64,000 nt of DNA from Takakia lepidozioides. Lineage: Eukaryota > Plantae > Bryophyta. This document shows, one piece after another, positions 1 through 11,635 of this stretch (position 1 is the first letter of the stretch; every line of letters begins with the position of its first letter). The stretch is from the NCBI GenBank assembly GCA_030704615.1, contig CM060734.1, forward strand, positions 51,088,001 to 51,152,000, written 5' to 3'. The translations under genes and the position numbers were made by a program. The notes below the pieces were generated by a model. The model searched no databases, had not been told where the DNA came from, and saw only the letters and a program-made list of their open reading frames with translations.

Positions 1-2398
1 ATTTCCTCTTACAGGAGCCGAATCTCTCCTCCCCTTCAAGATGTGGAACTCTAGAAACAAGTGGTGTTCCTTGGGCATATTTGCTCACCGCCCGTGCTAT
101 CTTGATTGGATCCCCAGATCTGTTTGCAGCACGCAACATCAACTCCCATTTGTCCGGACCCTTGCCACCAACCCCACTCTCGTAAGAAATCACGGTATCG
201 GGTTTGTTGTTGCAAGGCACGTATCAAATCATCTGTTGTTGCCACATACAAATCCCGACCTCGTTTCCCAGACTACTGCAACCATGCATTGTGCACAGTT
301 TCTGCCAAATTGCAAGATGGCATGTCCGCCATTTCCTCAATGGACATGTTTTGCAAAGAGGATAACCACACTTCAGAACAGTGCACAGGAAACAACATAA
401 AGAAAGCAATGAGTCAAAAATATGGAAAGCAAATGTATGAATAAAGCATGAAATAGAAGCCTCGTACCATTGTCATGGCTGCTCCCCACTGTCTATACCG
501 GAAGTGCCAAAACGCCAGCCAATCTTCCAATGCTCTCATACTCTCAAGTGATGCAGCTCCAGAAGAGAACCACCAGGCACGAATTGTCTGGAACAAAGTG
601 TCCGCCTCCTTCATTGTTCTAGCATCTTTGTACTCTTTGCACAATTTACGGTGCTGAGTCTGCATCTCTGGTTTGATGTCCGACTTTGTATGTTTTTCCA
701 GAGATTGTGTCCAATGGAATAGACATGTACGCTCTCTTCCTGGCATAGGCACTTTGGGTCGCCCGATCCGAAGACAATACGAACAGCATTGAAATTGCTT
801 GAGCACTATCCCTGGCAGCCCATGGCAGCCCATGACACGTATCAGGAATTCCACATGAGCTCTGGGATTCCGTATCCTCGGATTGCATGTCACAAACTGC
901 AATTGTCATAACTCGTTGGTACACTGGATCGTAGACATGACAAGCCATTGTCGTCCAATCCTTGTTTCACATGATCAAACATAAGAAAACAGTTCTGCAA
1001 GTCTCCAGTCTTCTGCATCCGCTTCACGAGGCTAACCCCACTGCCCTCAACAGTCGAATTTTGAAAAGAAAAACTTTGATGGCACCTTGACCTGGGAATA
1101 CATTGTCCTGGATGTAATTGCTCACTCGTTTCAATTCCAAAAATATTGATCCCAGAGCCCATTCTCTCTGATGCCGAATGTTAGGTGAACTTAAAGTGGA
1201 GAAAATGATCCATCCAATGCTGCACCGTCAAGTTTAGTCCCCACAGAATCTCCTTCACTCAAAATATGGCTTTCCAAGAAGGACTTGCTTGCCAAGAGCA
1301 ATTGCAGATGTTGTTGCGGATGGGTTTCTCCCGAACTCTGTTTGATCAACCTCGATACTGTCTCAACACTCTCCCTGTAATCCCCCTTCGAGACAGGATG
1401 GTTATGGAATCCAAAATGCACACAAGCTCTCGTCATTGTATTCAAACGGTGGACAACATAGTACATTCTTGCTCCGCAGAGCGCCAACAGGATGGCACAA
1501 GTTTGCAGAATTTGCAGACGAAAGTGTTTGCCGGTGGAGGGGCAGTCCCAGGCTGAAATGGATTTTCCGCCAGACCCTCCCATTCGCTTTGATTATGAAC
1601 CCCAGACTGAAGAAAGTGTCTGCAATTCAAATTATCACACCTAAGGTGTCCATTGCAAACTGTCCTCCTGAAAACAAGCTTGTCATCATTCTGAATATTG
1701 GATGTTTTTGTTCTGCACCACGGGTGCCCGTCGTGTTTCTTGTCCATTCCATGCATCATGATTGTTACACCTCCAACTCGCGGAGGAGGAGGGCAGCTCG
1801 AATAGGATATCGCCATCAAAAGTCTCCGGCAAGAACTTCACAGGCACCTGCTTCAAAGATTCCCAATCAATTCCCCGCAACTCACTTTTGAATCCAGCCA
1901 TTCCTCCCATCGCCGCAATTTTGGAATGACACTACAAATCTCTTCTTCATCAGCTTCTGCAACCACAGTAGGAAGGACTGGATTTGGAATTTCACTTATG
2001 TCATCATCGGAAGAATCCGAAAGCTCAACGATTGGAGTGGAGGAAGTCTGTTCTTTTTTCACCACCACCTCCCTCTTGTCTTCAACGACCGAAGCAGCAG
2101 TCCCGGGCGTCACATATGACCCAAGGGACTTTCGCCGAGGCTCTCCAAGTACTCTGTATCGACCAGGACGCACTCTCCACTGGCTGATATGAGCCGTCTC
2201 ATCACGGTTTTGGAAAGAATATTTCACCAACTTCCCTTTAAGATCGTACACCTCTTTCTCCAAAAAGATGGAGCCATTCTGCAGCTGAAAACGGGTAGCC
2301 AAGACATGTTCCAGAACAATTGCAAATCCATTGTCAAGGACTTCCTGGGAGAACGGCACTTTGTCGTCAGAGAAGAACTCCGCTTCAGAGGAAGCCAT
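1..2398 (-). pseudogene. MULE-type DDE transposase with GCM-like zinc-binding domain, frameshifted and running off the left edge
   Basis: ORF fragments joined across frames give: DGHPWCRTKTSN...RRTVCNGHLRCDNLNC...CKFC...CGARMYY...HFGFHNHP (GCM/WRKY-like); FLMFDHVK (D1); DSAQA (D2); RTCLFHW (CxxH); and NLAETVHNAW (catalytic E, codon 300-302). Several frameshifts and an in-frame stop are present. Confidence 0.75.
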
Positions 2399-3598
2399 CT
2401 TCCTTCCTCGCGTACGTTTGTACCTTGCTATCGCAGATCTAGTGTAAATCGGTTTACTGCTGTCTCCAGAACACAGTTGAAGAATGAGCAGAGAATATGG
2501 CGGAGGAAGCTCAGATAACGACTGTGCATATTATGTTATTCTTTCCAGATATGCAGCCGTCCATTTTAATTACTTTTCTTGTGGGCCCAGTGGTCAGAGA
2601 ATCCCTAGGTGCAGTGTCGCAAGCTGTTAAAACCGTTAACCAGAACCTCATCAATAAACCCAAAAACAAAGCCGACTTCCTGGAAGCATGCCACAGGATC
2701 TGAGAATGGGATTGCAGATTAAGTAAATGTATCTATATACTACTACCAATGATCATGCGCACCTGGAAAGTTCCAAATGTGAAACGAATGTGGGGTTTGG
2801 CTAACAAGGATGACCGTGTATGATATTCCAAATTTGTCATCAAACTCTCGTTCATTTACATTTATTTGTGTAAGACTGCGCATCAATTTCTGGGATTCGC
2901 TGTTATTTTTAAGTATTGAAACCGTTCTAATAAAGAACACGCCGTTTTTTTTGGGCGACACACGTCAGACATCCATAACTGAATACAAACAGCTGTACAC
3001 CAATTGCTGGCATGTGCACTAATAAGGGAACGACTATGTGTAACGGTCACGCGGGAGGGAATCCGATGCTTCTAGAGACACGCAAGAACGCAGGCAATCC
3101 CGCAAAATCGGGAGTCACTGCGTTTTTCTACTTTTCGCGCTTAGAGGGAGAGTGGTAGTCAAGCTGGAGAGGGTTCCTTCTAGAATACGAAAGAGAAGAA
3201 AGTCTCTTTATTTTACTTCCCTTAGAGAGACGCAGAGCAAGAGAGAAAATGACGAGGCGTCGTTTGTTGGAGAACACAGGGCCAAGGCAGCAGGTGAACG
3301 CGGAGACTGATTCACAAGAGCAGACGGAGACTGAGGCAGCGGCTGTGACACAGTCGGCGATAAGAGTGCGCCAGCCTGTGGAGGCAGAGATGATTCGCAG
3401 GGACACTGAAGAAGGTGGAAGCACGCGGAACGCCGAACCGGGAGAAGGTCAAGAAACCCTTGCGCAGACAGAAATTCCAGCAGATGTGAGAGGGAAGAGG
3501 AAAGCTGCAGAAGGGGATCAAATTTCAAACCTAAGAAGGTGCCAACTTACATTTCATTGTTGAAGATATGCGTAGAGATTGAGTGGAATGTCCAGACA

Positions 3599-4071
3599 GG
3601 GATTGTCGCTACCGACCATCACAAAGGTGTGCGAAGGGTTTACAGCGCAATGAGTTGGGACTATCGGTACAGTCATCACTGGTGTTCTAGTCTGTCTGAT
3701 TGCCTTTCAAGGAGTCCTTCCTCTTCCTTCTTTAGCAGGAACTACTGAATTGCGAGCGTCGTTAACGCCATTCGATTCTCCTCATGAGATTTATGTACCT
3801 ATGTGTTTGAAGAGAGAGTCTGCACTTACTATTCGCCCTAAACTACACTGAATGTCGTTGCCGCCAATCAGTTGCACATGTATGTCATTACACAACACCG
3901 ATCCGGCAGGTCGTTATCTTTTGTGATTGTCGTTAACGCCGTTCGCTATCGCTCTCGCTTTTGTTTTGAATACGGCAGTCTCAGCTTTGCATGTGTAGAT
4001 TGTGCTGAATTCTTTCACACCATTCATGGTGAGTTTCCTTGAGACAGAGTGATGGTCGTTACCGCCATTCA
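3599..4071. repeat. About five degenerate copies of the 22-bp palindrome in cargo-gene intron 1
   Basis: ~3600 GATTGTCGCTACCGACCATCA; ~3755 GCGTCGTTAACGCCATTC; 3849 TGAATGTCGTTGCCGCCAATCA; 3924 TGATTGTCGTTAACGCCGTTCG; 4050 TGATGGTCGTTACCGCCATTCA. Confidence 0.65.
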
Positions 4072-5921
4072 CTATTTGCAAATCACTCAGTCAGAACTGA
4101 ATGGCATCGTGCAGAAAACTGTGAGGTCGAAGCCTACAGGATCAGAGGGGAAAGGATCTGGAGATGGGGACGAGTCCGCAAAAAGCTCAGAGAATACAGA
4201 TGAAGCAGATGAATCCGAAGTGCACTACCTTGACAAGGTGAAAGAACTCATGTCATTCCAGAAGGTAAACTCTCAGGAGGTTATAAGGGACATGCTCGTA
4301 TCTGGAGGGCGTCTGGACATACCTCTGTGCCGGATGATATCAATGCCTGTTGTGCGTCCACCTCTTTCCCATGACATAACAAAATTGGAGAGTGATTTTG
4401 TGCATGGATATAGACTTGGTGCACAAGTTTTTTATGTGTCACTGACGGATATAAATGGGAAAAGCACATTAGTGTCTCCAGAGATCAGTGATAACTGGGA
4501 TGAGTGCTGGAAAGATGCCAATGAGGAGTTCGAGCTGGGCCTCATGATGGGAAAGAAACACCAGCAATTCTGCAACCACATGTTCTACGTCTGGGACGGC
4601 AACCACCGATTGCTACATTCAGAAACACCATTCGAAAGACAAAGACAAGCATGTTGCTGTGGAGGCAATGGTTTTGGATCCTGGAAACGACATCGCTAGG
4701 CTTCTTACAGCTATGCACGACGTGAACAAGTAAGTCATCCAGGAGATTTCATTCCCCTCTGTAGTCTTATTAATCCTCAAAAAACAGTGTTAAGGAATGC
4801 AATGTTTCCAATTTTTTGCAGATCGACAGAGAAATCGCATGTGACAACAAGCTTGGTTCACACACTATTCCGAATTCAGAGGATTGGTCTGATGAAGCTG
4901 GATGATTTTCGGACAGTACTACCACCCAATATCATCAAGAAGTGCGAAACAGGAAGAGCTGCAGGCACTTGGTATTCTTTGACACGAGAGGCGTTTCTGG
5001 AGTACATGTATGCGTAAGCCCGAGTCTGTACTCTGTTTACTTTTCGAATACATGTTTGTAGTCCCTTCGGAGCTAATCACTACTTGAATGAATGCAGCAA
5101 GAACTGGCAGAGGCAGCTGAGAAGGGAAAATCCGAATATTATTACTACTACCAGAAGAACTAAGGACATCAAAGGGTGTTGAAGCTGCAATAAAGAAGGA
5201 GTTTGAATGCGAAGAACCAAATTGATGTCAGCCTTCGGAAAGCAGCTTAATAGTAGATCCTGGACTTGGTCCTGAGTTCCTTCAGCAGATCAAAAACACA
5301 CTATGACAAGCATGTGCATCCGGAGATGCAGCAGGAGAAATTGCACCGGCTGGCCATATCGATGGTCGACCCACAAACAAAAATAAGGTGGCTGGAGATA
5401 TGGAACTCAGATCAAACAGTAAAGGACTTGAATCAGTTCCCAAAGAGCACCATACAGCCTGGCACAAAGGTGGAAGGAATCAGTGATTTGGTGTTTGATA
5501 ACTGGCCCACAAGGCTACATTTTGGAGTCAGGTGTGTATTCGAACATGCTGTTTCTCTCTTCAAGTATGTGATGAGTATCTTTTTGCAATTCTGACAAAA
5601 TATACTATTTGCAAGCTCGAAAAGCGCGCCGTCATTGTGCTGGATCAGACTTGAAGGACCTGAACATTTCGATTGTTTCCCCTCCCCAAATGTCATTGGA
5701 GGCATACATAAGGAAGTGGAGAGGTCTCACCTGGAGATAGGTTTTTTCCGGGAGTTCTCCAAAGATGGTAACATTTTACGGTCCAACGACTTTGACAGTC
5801 AGGTTGGAGGAGAGTGGGCCATGATGCGAGTTGTGTACAGGTGCAATGTCAAACTTGAAACTCTACTGTTTTTGGGGAAAAAAATGTGGCTTCATATGGA
5901 TTGCAATCTTTAGATCCAGAT

Positions 5922-6628
5922 TGAATGTCGTTGACGACATTCACTTCTTTGTCTGAGTCATTCTTAAGCGAGTATGAATTCACCTGGTTAGGATCTAAGG
6001 GTGCAATTATATTGTCCCTGATTAGAATTGATAATGTCCTTGAATGGCGTTGACGACATTCACATACGGAGTTGTTGAGAGGTCCTCAAGAGTTATTTAA
6101 ATTTTTGTAATGTCCATAGAGGTTACAGTGAGGGTTCCTCACTTCATTTTGCTGAATGTCAATGCAGACATTCAGTTGTTCTGCATTGTTTTTGCCTCTT
6201 GCGAGAATCTGGAGGCTTGATAAGCTCTGTTTTGAAGAAATCCAAAGTGAATGTCGTTGACGACATTCACAGCTGTGTCTGTATTATTCAACAGCGACAA
6301 TTCAATTTACATGGATTGGGAGCTAAGTAATTGGTTTCTTTTTTGTATTTTTGTGAATGGCGTTGACGCCATTCACATACAGTGATGTTGTGAGGTCCAA
6401 TCGCGTTATGAATGTGCATTGAGTTTTCCTGGAGGGTTCCTTACTCAATTTTTTTTTTCCATGTGATTTTGCTTCATTTAAGTAATAATTTGGCTTCATT
6501 CTGAATGTCGTTGACGACATTCACTTCTATGTCTGTGTCATTCCTAAACGATAATTTGCATTCACCTGGATTAGGTGTATTTACAGTATCATTGAATGGA
6601 ATGTTCTGAATGGCGTTGACGACATTCA
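5922..6628. repeat. Array of seven spaced 22-bp palindromes, consensus TGAATG(T/G)CGTTGACG(A/C)CATTCA, inside a cargo-gene intron
   Basis: Copies start at 5922, 6041, 6153, 6248, 6354, 6502 and 6607 (spacing 95-148 bp). The spacers are diverged but related in alternating A/B types. Confidence 0.92.
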
Positions 6629-9083
6629 TATCTGGAGCAGTAGTGTGGTCCTGAAAGGTCCTTGGAGCAGTTCTCAGAGCCATTTCAATCTATGTTTTAT
6701 TCTTTCTGTTCTACTTGCATCTTACTCACTGAGCGCTTTTGTGGGTTGGGATTTCCTTTTTTTTTCAGGTACACGAAATATGTGCTTATGGAAGGAAATC
6801 ACCTGAGCGGAATTCCCGACTATCTTGACATGTGGTCGGACCCTGCAAACGATCCAACCATGTATACTGCAGGGATATTGAAGGACTGGAGTCCTTCTCA
6901 CTTCAGAGACTGTGGGTGGTACCTTGACTGCCCACCTGAGCACACGACCTTTCAAGAACAGCATATGAAATACTTGAACAAACGCTGAGATGCTGGCGCC
7001 TTTGACTGACGAAGAGTATCAACGAAACATAGCAACATTGGCTGCCAAGGAGCCTGATGCTCAGGGAACGCCGCAGAAGGGAAAGAAGGCGGGCCGCAAA
7101 CCAAAAGACAAGGCTGTTGATGTCATAGCCATCTCACCCAGCAAAGCCAAAGGACAAAGACAAGTCCAAAGAGAAGGAAAAGGACAAGGGGAAGGAGAAT
7201 GAAAAGGAGATGGAGAGTGGGCAGGACTTTACTGCTGGAAGATATACCCGCACTCTTCAGTGCGTGTTCGATGCCAAGCCACACCCTTCCCGTTCTGATT
7301 CAGCAGGAGAGATGAAAATTGTTAATGAGGGTTGGCTTTCGATGATGCAGAGTCGAAAGAGAGGATACACTGGGGTGCCATCCCCTACCTGGGACAATAT
7401 AATCTCATTCCTCAATCTGGTGAGAATTCCAGTTTCTTTCCTTTTTCTCTGAAAGTTTCGTTGGCAGTATTTCAGTCTCGTTCTTTGAAAACATTCTTGC
7501 CATCGTTCTTATAAAAAACATGTCTGTTGCAGGTGAGCACAGGTCCCACCTTCGTGTGCGGTGTGCAGAAAACTTATGCGGCCGACATTGTCATTCTCGA
7601 CATCCCGGATGGCCAGGCTGTGCCAGAAGTTCTTCCAAAGGGCAAGACGCCAGGCTGGAACAAATTCGAGGACAACTACTGGAGTTGGGTGTTCGGGTTC
7701 TGTAACAATTTCCTCTCTGATGCAGGGACACTTCTGCTTTTTCAGTCATGTGACAATGATAGTCGTCGGGCATTGGCATCATACCTCAAGTCTTCAGGGT
7801 TTGAAGTTTTGCGCACATGGAATTGTGTGAACAGCCTCTACCTTGTGAAAGGGGGTTTCCCTGGTCAGCTGGTATGCCGTCTCCTTCTGCTTGTGCTTTG
7901 ATCATGAGTTTCAATTTTCTCTGCAGCTCCACTCTAGTAGAATGTTTATGATCGACACCGATCATCACCGATTCATGATTTTTTTGTGTCAGAGTTCTGA
8001 ATAGCCGATGTACACACTTCCACTATAGATTGTGTTTACCACACTAACCTGCTATCTTTGGCAGACGAGGATGTTCGAGGCGATCTGCCTGCGGAGGATT
8101 CGCACATCAAAGACACCATCCTCCATCCGCAGCTTTGAGATTTCTGACCAGGGTTGTTTCGTCAACCCCCCCTATGAGCCCCATGTCGATGACATTTTGT
8201 ACAACTTCATGCAGTCCAGTCAGACTCTGAAGAGACCAGATGGCACTCCCTGGAGAGGTGCAAAGGAAAAGTCACCAGCATTCATGCAAATACTGCTGGA
8301 GTCATGCAGCCACCGCTCTGCACGGGTGGTCGATCTTTCTGTGTCCACAGGTTCGTCCCTTCCGAATTGGTTTCCTTTCAACAGTTTCATCTGCTTAAAT
8401 CCCCCCTCCAAACTGTTCATGTTCTCCTGTCTGGTGCAGGAGCAACTTACCACGCATGCAAGGCAGGCGGAAGAAGCCTTTTTGGCATGGAGGGTGATTC
8501 TGACCTCTACAACACAGTGCTCCTCCCCCTTTGTCTGGCTCCACTTCAGGCACACAGACTGATCGGATTCAAATTCGAAATGATGACGATCCCGAAGATA
8601 AGCAGGTCGACAACGACTTTTCATGTGAGTAAGTGCTAAACCCTCTTGGGAGTCATACTCAATTTCTCGATAACATCAAAGTTACAGTAATAACTTTTTC
8701 AGGCTGTCTTTCAGGAAAGCAGGTGTGGATCTTCAGGAGATACAGTCATTTCTGGCGAGTCTGTTTTCGACAGCCCCCTTCCAATTTTCTGCTTCCTGTT
8801 TATGCCGAAGCAATGGCACTTCACGCGGCCGAGTCCCTATCCCCTGACTTTTTAGTGGCCAGCCGTAGGTGTATCCAGCGTGGATCCGGTGTTCTAAAAT
8901 ACTTAGACTTAGATGCAGAGGAAGGGGATACATTGTACTGACTCTGAGTCAGACTGAACTGTATTTCTTTTAATATTCATTTTCATATATCTGGAAAACG
9001 TTGAATCCCCTTCCTCCACCGTAGTTGTTCCTTTAGAACAAATAATAATCACAGAATCAACTTTCGTTTAAATTGCAATATGT

Positions 9084-9440
9084 ATGAATCCATCTCACAA
9101 ACCTCCTGACTCTTCTCATATCCATTGTGCATTCATCTACACTGTATTCATGCGTGCTCCATTCATGAATTTTTCCTTTGTACAACATCCATTGTACATT
9201 CATCCTCTGTACTCTTTAATCCACCCCACAAACCTTCCACACTCATTTCATATACGTTGTGCATTCGTCAAAAGATTTGGTCATGCATCTTCCTGTCATG
9301 AATTTTTGTCATTGCTCAACATCCATTATACATTCATCCATTTTACTCTTATCCATCCCTCATTCATCCATCTACATACATTTTTCACACTCATCCATCT
9401 GTTTATCATCCAACTGTACATTCATCCATCCTTTATTCAA
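9084..9440 (+). repeat. Cluster of ATTCATCC-type motifs, putative subterminal repeats
   Basis: ATTCATCC and close variants at ~9131, 9198, 9332, 9362, 9388 and 9420. Confidence 0.6.
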
Positions 9441-9510
9441 TGCCTTTTATTATGTCGTCCAGCTTGTTTCCGCGGTAAAGGGTGCCAATCCGCGGGAATA
9501 CACTCCACTT

Positions 9511-9653
9511 CTTTCTGGGCGCGTGGTGACGCGGCCTTCACGTGTGATGACGTGGAGTGAGCCCCGTGACGTGGCATTTGCGCAAGGTGACGTGGCGTGA
9601 GCGCAGTTGCGCTCACGCGCTCACGTGACCAGGCTCACGCCGAGGCATCCCTG
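9511..9653. mobile_element. Possible right end of a hAT-like element, GC-rich with repeated ACGTG
   Basis: Ends in GGCATCCCTG, whose reverse complement CAGGGATG resembles Ac/hAT termini. Repeated GACGTGG and GCTCACG motifs precede it. No partner end is seen. Confidence 0.3.
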
Positions 9654-9787
9654 CATAACAAGGTAACTTGTTAACATGAAAACAGGAAGAAATACGAACC
9701 GGAAGCACAACCATGATACACTAGCTGTAGGTCACGACTGATTGTTCTGAGCGGGCTGAGTGCTTAGAGATATCCAACTCTTCTGTT

Positions 9788-11630
9788 TTGGAGTTCCCAC
9801 CTCGGATAGCAAAGGGATGGTTGAGTAAAAGCCGCTCGACATTTGGCAACCATACTGGGGAACTAGGTCAAGAACAACCAGATGTGACATGCATCCGGTG
9901 GGATCATGGTGGTTGGAGAATTAAAGAATTTGATGTGAATCAAATTCCCTGTGGAACTGATAAAGAAAGGTTGTCCAAGCAATTCTTTCAGAGATTCTTG
10001 GAATTGCCAGACGGTTGCAAAGAAAACATTCTTAAGAGAGTGTAGACATCCATGGCACACGTGGGAGGTGCTCGAGGTTCAGAGGGAGTTGGCAGCCAAG
10101 GCAGCTGTGATGGATGAGGTTGGGGATTCTTCTCCGGTTGAGGAGGTCCTCAAGGATGAGATGATGGGGCAGGATGAGGCCTTGTCATTGACTGAGCAGG
10201 TAGGGAGTACTGCTCATGAGGTTGCGGCATAACAACCACGAGACGCGTCTCCTACCTCTAAGTCTGCTGGACTTAAGGTTGCAGTTACAGAGGACAATTG
10301 GGAGCCTGACATTGGACCCATTGTCACTGGAGGAGAGAGACGACGTATACGGTGGTTCCTGAGGGCTTACATGAATTGCTTTGCCTTCAGTTTGAAGGAT
10401 TTGGGAGCACTGAAGGGTCAGGAGATTCGTATTGAGTTGGCCACGAACACGCCAATCTTTCGAAGACCCTATAGATACAGTGACATGGAGAGGTCTTTGA
10501 TTCAGATGAGGAATCAAGATCTTTGGGAGGCAGGTTTGGTGGAGCTCTCTGGTGGAGAGTATGCTTCAGCCACGGTGATGTCAGCCAAGAAGGATGTCTA
10601 TGGCAATTGGACGGAGAGACGTATGTGCGGTGATTACTGGCCTGTAAATCGTCAGACCAAGTCTGATAAGTATGTCATGCCCACACCGGAGGAGATCTTT
10701 GATGTCATTGGGCATGCCAAGGTCTTTAGCACTTTGGACTTGCGGTCCGGATATCACCAGTTGCCGATCAAAGAGGCGGACAAGCAGAAAACAACATTTT
10801 GGGGGATCAATGAGCACGGGAAGGATTGCCTATATCAGTGGCGGTTCTTGCCATTCGGGCTTTAAGAACGCTCCTGCAAAGTCCAGAGAGTCATGGACAT
10901 GATTCTAGCAGGGGTAGACTTTGCTCGGTGCTACATAGATGACATCATCATCTTTAGTGTTGCAGTGGAGGAGCAGAGAGACCCCTTCAGGTTGTGTTTG
11001 AGCGCTTGAGAGCGCACGGATTGAAATTACATCTAGGAAAGTGCAAGTTCTTCCACAACCAGATTGAGTATCTGGCCATATGATATATCCTGGAGGATTG
11101 GGGGTGCAACAGACTAAGGTAGAGGCCATCGCACAGATTCCACGTCCCAGGATGTGAGCCGAGTTCAAGCTTTCATGGGGTTGACAAACTACTATCGACG
11201 GTTTGTCAAGGGATTTAGTGCTATTGCAAAGGCTCTAACCAAGCTGACCAAGGTAGACTAGGAGTGGCAGTGGGAAAATGAGCAAGAGCGAGCTTTTCAG
11301 GAACTCAAGGCGAGGTTGACCTCGGCGCCGATCTGGAGACGACCTATCAGTGGGCGTCCCTTTCAGGTGCATACAGATTGGAGCATGTTGGGGCTTGGAG
11401 TGGTGCTCACACAGGTGGATGATGAGGGAAGAGAGTTTCGTAGTGGCTTATGCTAGCCTCTCGAATAACGCTGCAGAGTCTAAGTATAGCTCATATGAGG
11501 GGGAGTGCTTAGCTGCAGTGTGGGCCGTGACACACTTCAGGTGCTATTCATACGACAATCTCTTCACCCTTGTCACGGATCACCAGCCACTCAAGTGATT
11601 GATGAAGTCAGACAAGCTTACGGGGAGTTA
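9788..11630 (+). mobile_element. Ty3/Gypsy LTR retrotransposon pol fragment (RT and RNase H), degenerate
   Basis: PIFRRPYRYS, RMCGDYWPVN, FSTLDLRSGYHQ, LPFGL, YIDDI (10933), VHTDWS and VVAYAS..YEGECLAAVWAV..LVTDHQPLK, with frameshifts and stops. Confidence 0.93.
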
Positions 11631-11635
11631 TGATG

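Larger units (their letters stand above)
3249..8941 (+). pseudogene. Multi-exon transposon cargo gene: ParB/Srx-like domain plus N6-adenine/N4-cytosine DNA methyltransferase-like domain, degenerate
   Basis: 4115-4729 reads LDIPLCRM..VVRP..DITKLESDFVHGY..FYVWDGNHRL then, frameshifted, VEAMVLD..LLTAMHDVN (ParB-like). 7533-7871 reads ADIVILDIPDG..FLSDAGTLLLF (motif IV/VI-like). 8065-8510 reads KEKSPAFMQILLESCS..RVVDLSVSTG|ATYHACKAGGRSLFGMEGDSDLY (motifs X, I, II). GT-AG introns are visible (donors at 3539, 4730, 8351). The 3' end is uncertain. Confidence 0.7.
1..9510. mobile_element. Degenerate Mutator-like (MULE) DNA transposon with divergent transposase and ParB-MTase cargo genes; left end outside window
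   Basis: Transposase on the minus strand (1-2398) and cargo gene on the plus strand (3249-~8940) are head to head. A cluster of ATTCATCC motifs at 9130-9430 looks like a subterminal region. The right end near ...GGGAATACACTCC (~9507) is a guess; no TIR or TSD can be verified in this window. Confidence 0.6.

Noticed and set aside
5922-6628. CRISPR array
   Set aside because: The repeats are palindromic and spaced, but the spacers are long (73-126 bp), uneven and related to each other. There are no cas genes and the context is a eukaryotic intron.
9535-9630. ABRE/G-box promoter cluster
   Set aside because: The ACGTG motifs lie inside a transposon block far from any host gene, so a TE subterminal repeat is the simpler explanation.
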